In this document: piece after piece, positions 12,298 to 21,719 of the stretch
How the letters are laid out: every line of letters begins with the position of its first letter
How positions within the stretch are numbered: position 1 is the stretch's first letter
Assembly: GCA_963778645.1 (NCBI GenBank)
Contig: CAVZVH010000025.1
Span: 18,789 to 82,788 of the forward strand
Length of the DNA stretch: 64,000 nt
Direction: 5' to 3'
From: an uncultured Chloroflexia bacterium
GTDB lineage: Bacteria > Chloroflexota > Limnocylindria > Limnocylindrales > CSP1-4
Position numbers and translations under genes: made by a program
The notes under the pieces: model-generated
Databases searched by the model: none
Seen by the model: the letters and a program-made list of their open reading frames with translations, nothing else
What the model was told of the DNA's origin: nothing

Positions 12298-12450
12298 TCA
12301 GGGCACCGGCGCCGGAGATGGTTCGATCGAGCAAGGATCCTCCCGGCGCGCAGGGTAGCAGGGCCGACCGGCCGGTCGCGGCCGAGATCGGCCGGGTCGT
12401 CGAGACGCGGTTCGCCGCCCCGGCGACCGATGCTTGGTAGCATCCGGAGC

Positions 12451-13806
12451 ATGGCGACACGCGACCAGGGCCATCGCGCCGACTCCATCGACCTGCTCGC
12501 TGATCGGCGTCGGTCGCGCTGGTCGTGCTGGCCTGTGGCCAGGCGACCGCATCGCCGTCAGGCCCGGGACCGGCGGGCCCACGCGACCGGCGTCCCATCC
12601 GCAACGACCGGAGGGTCGGCGACGACCGCGCCGCCCACCGCGGAGCCGACGCGAGGCACCCGCCGGCGTGCGTCTGGAGACGGTGGCGACCGGCCTCGAC
12701 AGCCCGGTCGATGTCGCGGCGGCCGATGACGGGACCGGCCGGATCTTCGTGGTCGAGCAGGATGGCCGGATCCGCGTCGTGCGCGACGGCGCCGTCGTCG
12801 AGCGGCCGTTCCTCGACATCACCGAGCGGCATCACGGCAGGCGGCGAGCGGGGTCTGCTCGGCCTGGCGCTCCATCCGGACTTCCCGGACGATCCCCGCC
12901 TCTTCGTCGACTACACCGACCTCGACGGCGAACACCGTCATCTCGTCGTTCGACCCTGTCGCTCGACGCCGACGTCGGCCGATCCCGAGAGCGAGCGCGT
13001 CCTGATGCAGATCGACCAGCCGTTCCCGAACCACAACGGCGGCGCCGTCGTGTTCGGGCCGGACGGCATGCTCTACATCGCGATGGGCGACGGTGGGTCC
13101 GGCGGCGACCCGCAGGGCAACGGCCAGCGACTCGACACGCACCTCGGCAAGATCCTGCGCATCGACGTCGACGTCCCGGCCGGCCGAGCAGCCGCCCTAC
13201 GACGTCCCGCCCGACAACCCGTTCGTCGGGACGAGCCGGCGCCTAGCCCGAGATCTGGCTCACCGGCCTGCGCAATCCGTGGCGGATCCGCTTCGATCCG
13301 GCGACCGGCGACCTGTGGATCGGCGACGTCGGCCAGAACGCCTGGGAGGAGATCGACGTCGCGCGGCAGGGGCAGAACGGCCTGAACTTCGGCTGGAACA
13401 CGATGGAGGGCTTCGACTGCTTCAAGCCGCCGGACGGGCTGCGACCAGACCGGCCTGACGCTCCCGCTCGCGGCGTACGGCCAGGACTTCGGTTGCGCGG
13501 TCGTCGGCGGCGTCGTCGTCCACGACCCGGCCCAGGCCGACGCTCGACGGCCGGTACCTGTTCGCCGACGAGTGCTCGGGCAACATCTGGACGATGGACC
13601 CGACCGGCGACGAGCGGCGGGAGCCCGACCTGATCCTCGAGAGCGGGCGCAGCATCAGCGCGATCGGCCAGGCCGAGGATGGCGCGGTCTACCTCGTCGA
13701 CCTGCGCTCGGGGGAGTTGCTCCGGGCGTCGCCGTCGGCTGAGGCGGCGGGCGGCCTCCAGGTCGAGGGTCGGCGGGCGGGTTCGCGCGGTCAGGCGATC
13801 CGGTAG
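12451..13806 (+). pseudogene. Second PQQ-dependent sugar dehydrogenase-like beta-propeller (lipoprotein-type signal), frameshifted
   Basis: ALVVLACGQ lipobox-like segment. Other pieces are LETVATGLDSPVDVAAADDGTGRIFVVEQDGRIRVV, GERGLLGLALHPDFPDDPRLFVDYTD, FPNHNGGAVVFGPDGMLYIAMGDGGSGGDPQGNGQ, LGKILRIDV, EIWLTGLRNPWRIRFD, DLWIGDVGQNAWEEID, FGWNTMEGFDCF and DGAVYLVDL. Confidence 0.7.
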
Positions 13807-14431
13807 GTGACGGTGACGGTGACCGAGATCTCGGTCGTGCCGGCCGAGACCGGCGTGGCCGCATCGGCGGCCAGCATCATCCGCTCGGCCTTCGCCCGCG
13901 GAAAGGCCGGCGGTGGGCCACCCTCGACGATGTCGGCGACGCCCGCGATCGTCACGCCGGCCGCCTCGGCCAGGACGTCGGCCCGGGCCCGCGCGGCCGA
14001 CGACGGCGGCGATCCGCGCCGCCCGCTCGGGCTCGGTCGGGTCGTCGACGCGGAACGCCAGGCCGTCGAGGCTGGTCGCCCCGCACGCAGCGCACCGTCG
14101 ACGACCGCGGCCACCGATGGCCAGGTCGCGGACCGTGACCTCGACGACGTTGGCCAGGTCGTAGCCGACGAGCGTCGGCGCCTTGCCGTCGCGGTAGTCG
14201 TAGCGCGGCTGGACGGAGAGGACGCGACGTCCGGACGTCGCGCTGGGCCACGCCGGCCGCCGCCACGGCCTCGAGGATGGCTGACATCGTTCGGGCCGCC
14301 TCCGAGCGAGCCTCTGCGATCGAGTCCCGGGAGATCGGTACGCCCAGGCGAAGGTCGGCGACGTCCGGCTCGACGGCCACCCGGCCGGTCCCACTCACGA
14401 CGATCGTGCCGGGGTCGTTGGCTGCGCTCAT
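13791..14431 (-). pseudogene. SIMPL-domain (DUF541) protein, frameshifted
   Basis: GTIVVSGTGRVAVEPDVADLRLGV, LSVQPRYDYRDGKAPTLVGYDLANVVEVTVRDL, LDGLAFRVDDPTEPERAARIAAV and ISVTVTVTYRIA lie in three - frames. Confidence 0.7.
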
Positions 14432-14434
14432 GAT

Positions 14435-15223
14435 TCAGATCAGGGCGGCGACCGCGACGGGGCCTGTCGCGACCCGTCGTTGCGCCAGATCGATCAACGG
14501 GCGACGCCAGTCGGCCACCCTGGTCACGGTCTCGAGCGACGCCAGGGGTGTCAGGTCGACGATCGTCGCCGGATCGGCGGCGGTGATCCGATGGCCCGGG
14601 GGACCGGGCGGGCAATAGTAGATGTCTCCGGTGCCGAGGACCTCGATGTCGGCTTCCCACTCGATGGCGACCCGACCGGCCGTCACCATTCCCCAGTGCT
14701 CGGCGTCGCACCATTCCGTGGTGTAGCCGCTGGTCGCCCCCATGCGCGTCCGGGTCAGGATCAGGTTCGACATCAGGTGCGCCTCGGCATCGATCCGTCC
14801 GGCCTCGACCGGTCGCATCGACGTCGCAGGGACCACCTTCGCCGTACGATCGGGTTGCTCGACGGTCAGGAACCCCTGCGCCGCGAGGGTGGCCTCGCTG
14901 GCATCGTGATCGGGCTGGACCGGCTCGAAGCCCGACAGGGTCGCGCCGGCGGCTGCCTCGAAATGGTGCTCCGGGCCCCCGGCGCGGACGTGGAACGCGT
15001 GTCCGACCGGAAGCGCGGTCGTGCGGCCAGCCTGATGCAGCGTCACGTCGCCCGCCAGCACGAACCCCCAGTGCGGGCGCGTACACGGACGCTCCAGCGC
15101 GGTGGCGGCGGACCCTGGCGGTACCACGTCGGCGAGCGCGTACGCGACGGGGCCGAGGATCCCGAACCGGATCGACAACCCATCCTGTCGCACCGACCTA
15201 AGGTCGGCTGGGGCAAGGTGCAT
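14435..15223 (-). CDS. Two-domain cupin (bicupin) protein
   Basis: Uninterrupted from ATG 15223. Two cupin-like halves are present (HWGFVLAGDVTLHQAGRTTALPVGHAFHVRAGGPEHHFE and HWGMVTAGRVAIEWEADIEVLGTGDIYYCPPGPPGHRI). Its stop lies 3 nt upstream of the SIMPL start. Confidence 0.7.
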   Translation of the reverse strand: MHLAPADLRSVRQDGLSIRFGILGPVAYALADVVPPGSAATALERPCTRPHWGFVLAGDVTLHQAGRTTALPVGHAFHVRAGGPEHHFEAAAGATLSGFEPVQPDHDASEATLAAQGFLTVEQPDRTAKVVPATSMRPVEAGRIDAEAHLMSNLILTRTRMGATSGYTTEWCDAEHWGMVTAGRVAIEWEADIEVLGTGDIYYCPPGPPGHRITAADPATIVDLTPLASLETVTRVADWRRPLIDLAQRRVATGPVAVAALI

Positions 15224-15509
15224 CGGGTCCGATCTCCCTCGCGGGCCACCCGCGTCAGGGCGGCGAGTTCGGCCTGTCGCGGCAAGTATACCGGCCGCCC
15301 GGACCGGACCGTTCACGCCGCTGCGAGACGTCTGCAATGTCGCGCGCCGCTCCGAGGCGTGCGCGGGCAACGAGGGCCATGCGAGATTGCGAGCGTGCCG
15401 GGCTGCGCCTGTCTCCGACGTTGCCCGGCGACTCGACCTTCGAACCCGAGGAGCAGTTGGAATCTCAGCCCGCACCAGATCCCGTAGGCGGCCTCGATCG
15501 GGACCCAGC

Positions 15510-16960
15510 ATGCGCGACCGCCCAGGCGCATCGATCGCTTCCGACGCATCGTCGATGCCGTCCATGAGGCCATCGTGGTGTTCGATCCGACCAATCTCAC
15601 GCGTCATCGACGCCAATCGCGGGGCGCTGACGCTCTTCGGTGCGACGATGGCCGAGACGATCGGACGGCCGGTCACGGACTGGATGGTGGGCATGGAGCG
15701 CGCCTCGGCTTGCCGCCACTCGTCGCGCCGCTCGTGCGAGGCGAGGTCGACGCGCGGACGGTCGTTCTCGCGTACCGGCGTCCGGACGGCGGCACGGTGC
15801 CCGATGGAGATCCTCCTCCAGGTCGCCGAACTCGAGAACGGCACGACCGGCGTGGTCGCGGTCGCTCGCGATATCCGGGAACGGATCGAATCGCAGGCCC
15901 GTCTTCCAGCGGCTGGCCGAGGCCGAGCATGCCCGGGCCGCCGAGTTGAATGCCGTCATCCGGGCCATGGGCGAGGGCATCGTCGTGTGCGCCGCGGACG
16001 GCCGGGTCACCCTGGCCAATCCCGCCGGACAGCGATCTCTTCCCGGCGTCGAGACGCGGACGTACGACGACGATCCTCGACCAGTTCGACGATGGCAGCC
16101 GAGTCGGCACCCGCGCTCGGGACGCGCGGCGGGCCGGTCGAGCTCTCGACCACGGCCGATCCGGATCGCTGGCTCGAGCTCTCCACCTACCCGGTCCTCG
16201 GGTCCAGGCGTCCAGAACGACGGCGAGGAGACGATCCTCGTCATGCGCGACGTGACCGACGCCCGCCGACGCGAGGCGATCCGCGAGACGTTCGTCGGCG
16301 TGCTGTCGCACGAGCTCCGGACGCCGGTCACGACCATCTACGGCGGCGCCAAGCTCCTGGCTCGCGAAGGGCTCGACGCTCGACGAGGAGACTCGTCGGA
16401 GCGTGTTCGCCGACATCACGGAGGAGACCGAGCGTCTGCATCGACTGGTCGAGGACGTCGTCGCCCTGAACCGGTTCGGCGACCAGCGGGCGACATCGGC
16501 GCGGAGCCGGTCCTGCTCCAGCGCCTCCTGCCGCGCGTGGTCTCGTCCGAGGAAGGCCGCTGGCCGGGCGTGACGTTCCGACTCGAGATCGAGCCGAACC
16601 TGCCCACGGTCGTCGCCGACCCGACCTACGTCGAACAGGTCTTCCGGAACTTGCTGTCGAACGCGGCGAAGTACGGCGGCGTCGGGCACCGACGATCGAG
16701 GTCGTCGCCGACGACCGGCGACGACGAGGTCACGGTCCGGATCCTCGACGACGGGCCCGGGCTTCTCGGCCGAGGAGACCGATCGCCTGTTCGAGCGGTT
16801 CTACCGCTCGCCCGGGACCGCCCGGACCGCCAGCGGGGCGGGATCGGGCTGTTCGTGTCGCGCTCGCCTGATCGCGGCGATGGGCGGTCGGATCTGGGCT
16901 CGTCCTCGGCCCGAGGGTGGCTCCGAATTCGGGTTCGCGCTGCAGGTGCTGCCCGACTGA
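15510..16960 (+). pseudogene. PAS-domain sensor histidine kinase, frameshifted
   Basis: DRFRRIVDAVHEAIVVFDP, VIDANRGALTLFGATMAETIGRPVTDW, AVIRAMGEGIVVCAADGRVTLANPAG, H-box FVGVLSHELRTPVTTIYGG, N-box VEQVFRNLLSNAAKY, and GGRIWARPRPEGGSEFGFALQVLPD. Stop at 16958-16960. Confidence 0.75.
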
Positions 16961-16984
16961 TCGAGCGGCCGCACCGGCGATCGG

Positions 16985-17978
16985 TCACAGCCAGTCACGC
17001 CAGCGCGCGACGCCGAGGATCGCCGACGGCCATCGCGCCCATGGCGGCGATCACGACGAAGAAGCAGGACGAGCTCGTCGAAGAACCCGACCTTGAAGTT
17101 CATGCCCATCACGCCGGCGAGGACCACCGACGGCAGCAGGATCGCCGAGAGGACCGTCAGGGCCTTCATGACGTCGTTCGATCGCTGCGCGAGGCGACCC
17201 ATGTAGATGTCGTACGTGCCGAGCAGCGACTCGCGCAGGTGCTCCACCGAATCGAGGGCACGCTCGAGACGGCCGAGCAACTCCGGCCACGGACGCCCGA
17301 GCTCCTCGTGGACGGCCAGGTCCGGTCGGCGCGAGCGGGGCGAAGGCCTCCCGTTGCGGTGCCAGCGACTGGCGGACCACCCCGATCCGGCGCCGCAGGT
17401 CCACGAGTCCGGCCGAGGACGTCGTCCGTCGCTCGCCCGCGCAGCGCGATCTCGTCGAGCCGGTCGATCTCGCGCTCGAACGCCTCGACGGTCCGGTGGT
17501 AGCCGACGATGACGGAGTCGATGATGGACGCCAGGAAGTCGGCCGACTCGAGGACCCCGAGCCGGGTCTCCCCGCTCAGCCCGTCCATCAGCCGGTCGGT
17601 CGCAGCGAGCGGGCCGTCGTGGACGGTGACCACCCACTCGGCGCCCGCGACCAGGTCGAGTGACTGGCGTTCGGGTCGGACGACGGCGTCTCGCCGGGCC
17701 CGGTCGGCATCCGGCGGCTCCATCGTCGCCGAGCGACAGGTGGACGTGCTTCGGGATACTGGGTCAGGCTCGCGCGGTCCACGTCGTCGCCCAGCTGCGC
17801 GACCAACGACGCGCTGAGATCGAACATCTCGCCGACGCGAGCCAGGTCACCGGTCGTGCGCGCGTCGATGTCGACCCACAGCAGGCGGTCCGCCCCGCGC
17901 GCCGGCACGACGTCCGGCGACGAGCTCGACCTCCTGATCCTCGCCCTCGGCGTCGAAGAGCCAGGCGCGAATCGTCAC
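16985..17978 (-). pseudogene. corA: CorA-family magnesium/cobalt transporter, frameshifted
   Basis: VTIRAWLFDAEGEDQEVEL, LLWVDIDARTTGDLARVGEMFDL and MKALTVLSAILLPSVVLAGVMGMNF (the GMN signature). A shifted C-terminal TM segment ends ..RWRDWL. Alternative start at ATG 18047. Confidence 0.75.
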
Positions 17979-18404
17979 CGGGCCAGCGCCAGCAGGACGG
18001 CCGCCAGCACGGCGATCGCTGGCGGTGAGGAGCTCGAAGACGTGCATCGCGCGGTCGCGATCCACCGGGTCAGGAAGTCGGCTCGTCACGACCGGAGTCC
18101 GGCCGGTCGGTGTCATCGGACGTGGCACGTGCCCTGTCGCACCGGACATCCGGCCGGGCCTCGGCCTGCAGGTTGAAGGCCGATGCATGCCCTTCGCGCG
18201 CACGATCGAGGTTGTGTCATTCCAGCCGCATCGCACCCATGAGGTCCGCTGGCTGCAATGGTTCTGTTGCACAGGTGCAAGCCCGATCGCAACCGTAGCG
18301 AGGTGGTTGCCGGCCCCACGTTGGCTACCGTTGACCCGAAGGGCCGCTGGTCCAGCGCGGCCTCGCATCGGCCACCGTCGATGTGCTCCCAAAGGAGGTG
18401 ACGC

Positions 18405-18702
18405 ATGAAGCGTCTGCTGATCATGCTGGTCCTCGCGTACCGCCGCGGTTCTCGCGTGCGGGTCATCAGGCAGTCCAGTGCCAGACGTCCCGGCGCGACC
18501 GCGCCCGCCGTCGAGACCCCGTCGCACCGTCGGTCCCGAGCTGAGGCCGCCATTCCGCCCGCCCCGAGCGGGCCGCCATCCGCGTCCGACGCCGGGCCTG
18601 CCCATCGTGGCGGCCCGGCGTCGCGATGGTCGGCGGTGGCCAGCGGTGCGGTGTGAGGTGGTTGTTACGCGCGCGACGCCCAGCCGTAGTTTGCCGACAT
18701 GA
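18405..18702 (+). pseudogene. Small putative lipoprotein, frameshifted
   Basis: AAAGGAGG lies 6 nt before ATG 18405. MKRLLIMLVLA continues after a 1-nt shift as TAAVLACGSSGS (signal peptide plus lipobox). The mature part is unreadable and probably contains more shifts. Confidence 0.35.
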
Positions 18703-18796
18703 CCCGCCTCGTGAACATGTCGACAGCCCCGGCTCCCCGGGTCATGGACGCCCCAGCCGGCGGGTGCGAGGCCCGCCAGGGGATGGAGGTATTTGG

Positions 18797-19078
18797 ATGA
18801 GCATCATCGCGTGGATCGTGCTTGGCGCGATCGCCGGCTATCTGGCCGGATTCCTCGTCAAGGGTGACGAGGGCCTCGGGATCATCGGGCACATCGTGCT
18901 CGGCATCGTCGGCGCCCTCGTCGGCGGGTTCCTCGCCAGCGCCCTCTTCAACACGAAGCCGATCGACGGCCCATTCGACATCAGCTCGATCGTCGTGTCG
19001 GTCATCGGCGCGGTCATCGTGGTCCTGGTCGTCGGTGCCGTCACCGGTCGAAGCCGCACGGGTCGCGGGTCCATCTGA
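18797..19078 (+). CDS. GlsB/YeaQ/YmgE-family (transglycosylase-associated) stress membrane protein
   Basis: GGAGG lies 7 nt before ATG 18797. MSIIAWIVLGAIAGYLAGFLVKGDEGLGIIGHIVLGIVGALVGGFL is the canonical family pattern. Confidence 0.85.
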   Translation: MSIIAWIVLGAIAGYLAGFLVKGDEGLGIIGHIVLGIVGALVGGFLASALFNTKPIDGPFDISSIVVSVIGAVIVVLVVGAVTGRSRTGRGSI

Positions 19079-19083
19079 CCAAC

Positions 19084-19112
19084 GCGGCGCCCGGGACCGT
19101 GCCGGGCGCCGC
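19084..19112 (+). terminator. GC-rich hairpin just downstream of the glsB-like gene
   Basis: GGCGCCCGG-gaccgtg-CCGGGCGCC, a 9-11 bp stem. No U tract follows. Confidence 0.4.
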
Positions 19113-19125
19113 TCCCCAAGCCCAG

Positions 19126-19170
19126 TCGAACACCCGCCCGGTCCGAGGGCGGGTGTTCGAGATTCTGCTG
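19126..19170 (+). terminator. Second hairpin with a partly U-rich tail (intrinsic-terminator-like)
   Basis: TCGAACACCCGCCC-ggtccga-GGGCGGGTGTTCGA, a 14-bp perfect stem followed by GATTCTGCTG. Confidence 0.5.
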
Positions 19171-19589
19171 CGTCCGTGCGATCCAGACGACACGCCCCTG
19201 CAAGACCGCTGGGTCGCCAGCCGGTGCATCCGTGACCCCGCTGGACCGCCATGGTGAGGGCCGTCGGCCCCCGTGCCACTGGGGGTTCCGGGGGTCGACA
19301 ATTTCTTCCGCGCCTCCATACCGATCGAGCCGACAACGATGCGATGACCGCCTCCACCGCTCCCCGCGATCCATCGGCTCGTGGCGCGTGAGCGCGTCGC
19401 CGGGCCCGACCGACGACGGCCGGGCCGTTGTGATGCCGATGCAACGCGGCGGCGGCTGCTGATGTCCGGACGCAGGATGCCCTCGGTATCGTGCGGAGGC
19501 CGACGATGCGCGTTGACTCACGACGCGGGGCATCGGGATCGTGAATACCCGTCGGGTGGCGCTTGTGACGGGGCGTCCACCTTCCAGGC

Positions 19590-19633
19590 ACGGACGGCTC
19601 GAGCCCCCTCCTCGGGCCGTCCGTTGCTGTTCT
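19590..19633 (+). terminator. Terminator/attenuator-like hairpin about 55 nt upstream of the 19679 start codon
   Basis: ACGGACGGCTCGAG-ccccctc-CTCGGGCCGTCCGT, a 14-bp stem with one A/G mismatch, followed by TGCTGTTCT. Confidence 0.45.
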
Positions 19634-19678
19634 CGACCGATCGATCGGTCGATGACCAGATGAGAAGGAGTCACTCCC

Positions 19679-20057
19679 ATGGCGACCACTCCCACCACAC
19701 GCACGACCAAGGAACGCGCAGCCGACGAGGCCCAGGGCAACGGCATCACGCAGACGGCGCGTGACGTGGCCGACACCGTCGCCGGCGTTGCCGGCGAGGT
19801 CGGTGCCCGACTTCCCCGATGCGGCCGCTGGCACCGGCAAGGCGTTCAGCGATGCCGGTCGACTGATCCAGACCGGCTCCGACGAAACGCTCAAGCTGGC
19901 CGGTGCCATGTCGATCGGCTTCGCCCTCGGCCTGTTCGTGGGCGGCGCGAACCGTCTCCTGGTCATGGCGGCGCTCGTCCCGACCGGCCTGATCGCGACG
20001 ACACTGGCCGAGCGCATGCAGGGCACGGGCAAGGGCCGAGGTGTGCAAGCGGCCTGA
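19679..20057 (+). CDS. Hypothetical C-terminally membrane-anchored protein (ElaB/YqjD-like topology); one frameshift near 19808
   Basis: AAGGAG lies 8 nt before ATG 19679. MATTPTTRTTKERAADEAQGNGITQTARDVADTVAGVAGEVGARLP continues after a shift as DAAAGTGKAFSDAGRLIQTGSDETLKLAGAMSIGFALGLFVGGANRLLVMAALVPTGLIA. Confidence 0.55.
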
Positions 20058-20152
20058 AACGACCCAGGCCCGGGCTTGGCGACATGCCGCAAGGCGAGCG
20101 GCCGTACCTTCAGTGCGACCCCCTGGAGCTTCGGAACCTGGAGGCGACGACC

Positions 20153-20364
20153 GTGGACGATGTGAAGGCCACCTACCGCGAGACCAAGGACGATGTCAAG
20201 GAAGGCCTGGCGCAAGGCCGACGGCGAGGAGGACCTTGGCGACAAGGTCGGCAACCTCGGTGACGACATCCGGCGCGAGGCCGGCGACGCCGGCGATCAG
20301 GTCGACGAGGAGTTGGACGAGAACCAGGACGAACCGACCGTCGGACCAGCCGCGCGACGTCTGA
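20153..20364 (+). pseudogene. Small acidic protein (CsbD-like composition), frameshifted
   Basis: GGAGG lies 8 nt before GTG 20153. VDDVKATYRETKDDVKEG continues after a shift as WRKADGEEDLGDKVGNLGDDIRREAGDAGDQVDEELDENQDEP. The stop is only reachable by another shift, and the 3' end is uncertain. Confidence 0.35.
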
Positions 20365-20386
20365 CCCGATCTTCGACAACGCGCTT

Positions 20387-20422
20387 CGCGAAGCCCCCGA
20401 CCTCGCGGTCGGGGGCTTCGCG
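20387..20422 (+). terminator. Perfect 15-bp GC-rich hairpin between the acidic-protein gene and the kinase gene
   Basis: CGCGAAGCCCCCGAC-ctcgcg-GTCGGGGGCTTCGCG. No clear U tract. Confidence 0.5.
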
Positions 20423-20507
20423 ATGTCCCGCTGGTATCGTGCGCTATCCTCGGGTGGATCCACGGCCATCGACTCGATCGGGCGCTGTGGAACCAAGGGA
20501 GGACGCG

Positions 20508-21719
20508 ATGGTCGACAAGCCGCCGCCGACAGCGGACATCGACCTGCGGATCGCGACGGTCGCCGTCGGGGCCGACATGACGGTCATCGCGGATGCCCTC
20601 CTCACCGCGCGGACGGACATCCTGGGTCGCTGGCTGGAGACGACCAAGCGCCAGCCGTTCCATCGGGAGCGACCGGACGGGGCGGTCGCGGACCATATCC
20701 CGAGGCTGTTCGACGCGGTCGTGATGGTGCTGCGTGAGCGCTCGAAGCACGACGCCACTACCCCGATCGAGGATCCCGATGTCGCGGATGCGGCGACCGC
20801 TCACGCCAAGGCGCGCTTCGAGCAGGGCCTGGGACCGGTGGCCGTCGTCACGGAGTTCAGGATCCTGCGCCAGGAGATCTCGCGCGCGATGGCGGCGTTG
20901 CTCGACGATGCTGCACCCGCCTCAGACGTCGTGGCCGGGCTGGCCGTCGTGGGCGACGCTCTCGATGGCGCGGCCACGATCGGGCTGACGTCGCTCTCCG
21001 ATCGCATCGAAACACTTCGCGAATCCTTCCTCGCGACGACGGTCCATGACGTCCGACAGCCGATCACGCTCGTCGAAGGGTCGCTCCACCTGGCCGAGCG
21101 CTGGCTGAGCGCCGAGCCGATCGACACGGCTCGATTGCAGGAGTCGGTCGGCGATGCCCTGGTGGCGACCGGCGAGCTCGTGGCGATGATCGACACCTTG
21201 AGCGACGCCTCACAGGTCGCGATGGGTGCGCTGAACGCGGACCCCGAGCCGGCCAGCCTGGAGGCGATCACGCGCGAGGCCGTGGACGCCTTCGGTGCCG
21301 CCGCCCGCGGCAGGGTCACCCTCGAGCTGCCGAGCGGCCCGCATCTCATCGGCCTGTGGGACCCGCGGCTCCTCCGTCGGGTCGTCGTCAACCTCGTCGG
21401 GAATGCGCTGAAGTATTCGCCGGACGATGGACGTGCTCGCGTGACCGTCGGGCCGGGGCGGCCGGGTTGGGCCCGCCTGACGGTGGCCGACGAGGGGATC
21501 GGCATGACCGCCGAAGAGCTCGAGGCCGTCTTCGACCGGTTCGGGCGCGCCGAACGGGCGCGACGGCTCGGCGTGCCCGGGCTCGGACTGGGCCTGTATG
21601 CCTGCCGTGGCATCGTGACGGCCCATGCCGGCACGATCGAGGTCAACTCGGACGGCCAGGGCACCGGTACGACGGTCGTCGTCGAGCTGCCGCTCCTCGA
21701 ACCGGACGCCGAAGGCTAG
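20508..21719 (+). CDS. Sensor histidine kinase with an RsbRD-N-like N-terminal domain (cytoplasmic)
   Basis: GGAGG precedes ATG 20508. N-terminal ILGRWLETTKRQPF...IPRLFDAVVMVL. H-box LATTVHDVRQPITLV. N-box VVVNLVGNALKYS. G-boxes DEGIGM and GLGLGLYACRGIV. Confidence 0.85.
   Translation: MVDKPPPTADIDLRIATVAVGADMTVIADALLTARTDILGRWLETTKRQPFHRERPDGAVADHIPRLFDAVVMVLRERSKHDATTPIEDPDVADAATAHAKARFEQGLGPVAVVTEFRILRQEISRAMAALLDDAAPASDVVAGLAVVGDALDGAATIGLTSLSDRIETLRESFLATTVHDVRQPITLVEGSLHLAERWLSAEPIDTARLQESVGDALVATGELVAMIDTLSDASQVAMGALNADPEPASLEAITREAVDAFGAAARGRVTLELPSGPHLIGLWDPRLLRRVVVNLVGNALKYSPDDGRARVTVGPGRPGWARLTVADEGIGMTAEELEAVFDRFGRAERARRLGVPGLGLGLYACRGIVTAHAGTIEVNSDGQGTGTTVVVELPLLEPDAEG

Noticed and set aside
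15331-15342. The 12-mer TCTGCAATGTCG is shared upstream of the PAS kinase (15331-15342) and of the response regulator (29101-29112).
   Set aside because: Exact 12-mer repeats are expected many times by chance in 64 kb. The upstream -35-like sequences and spacings do not agree between the two sites. I kept only the second site as a low-confidence promoter.
17979-18404. M-box (ykoK) magnesium riboswitch upstream of corA.
   Set aside because: The minus strand has short resemblances (GGGUCAACGG, CAACAGAA, GCGGCUGGAAUG). It lacks the conserved 5' GUUAGGUGAGGC and 3' CCAUACAG..GCUAAAGCUC elements and the expected order of helices. I cannot call it without a covariance-model scan.
19432-19462. Short peptide-like reading MPMQ... 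starting inside the shared 17-mer at both 19432 (MPMQRGGGC) and 29086 (MPMQAICNVG..., 32 aa).
   Set aside because: No Shine-Dalgarno is present and the peptides diverge immediately after four residues. The similarity is at the DNA level, so it is more likely a cis element or coincidence than a leader peptide.
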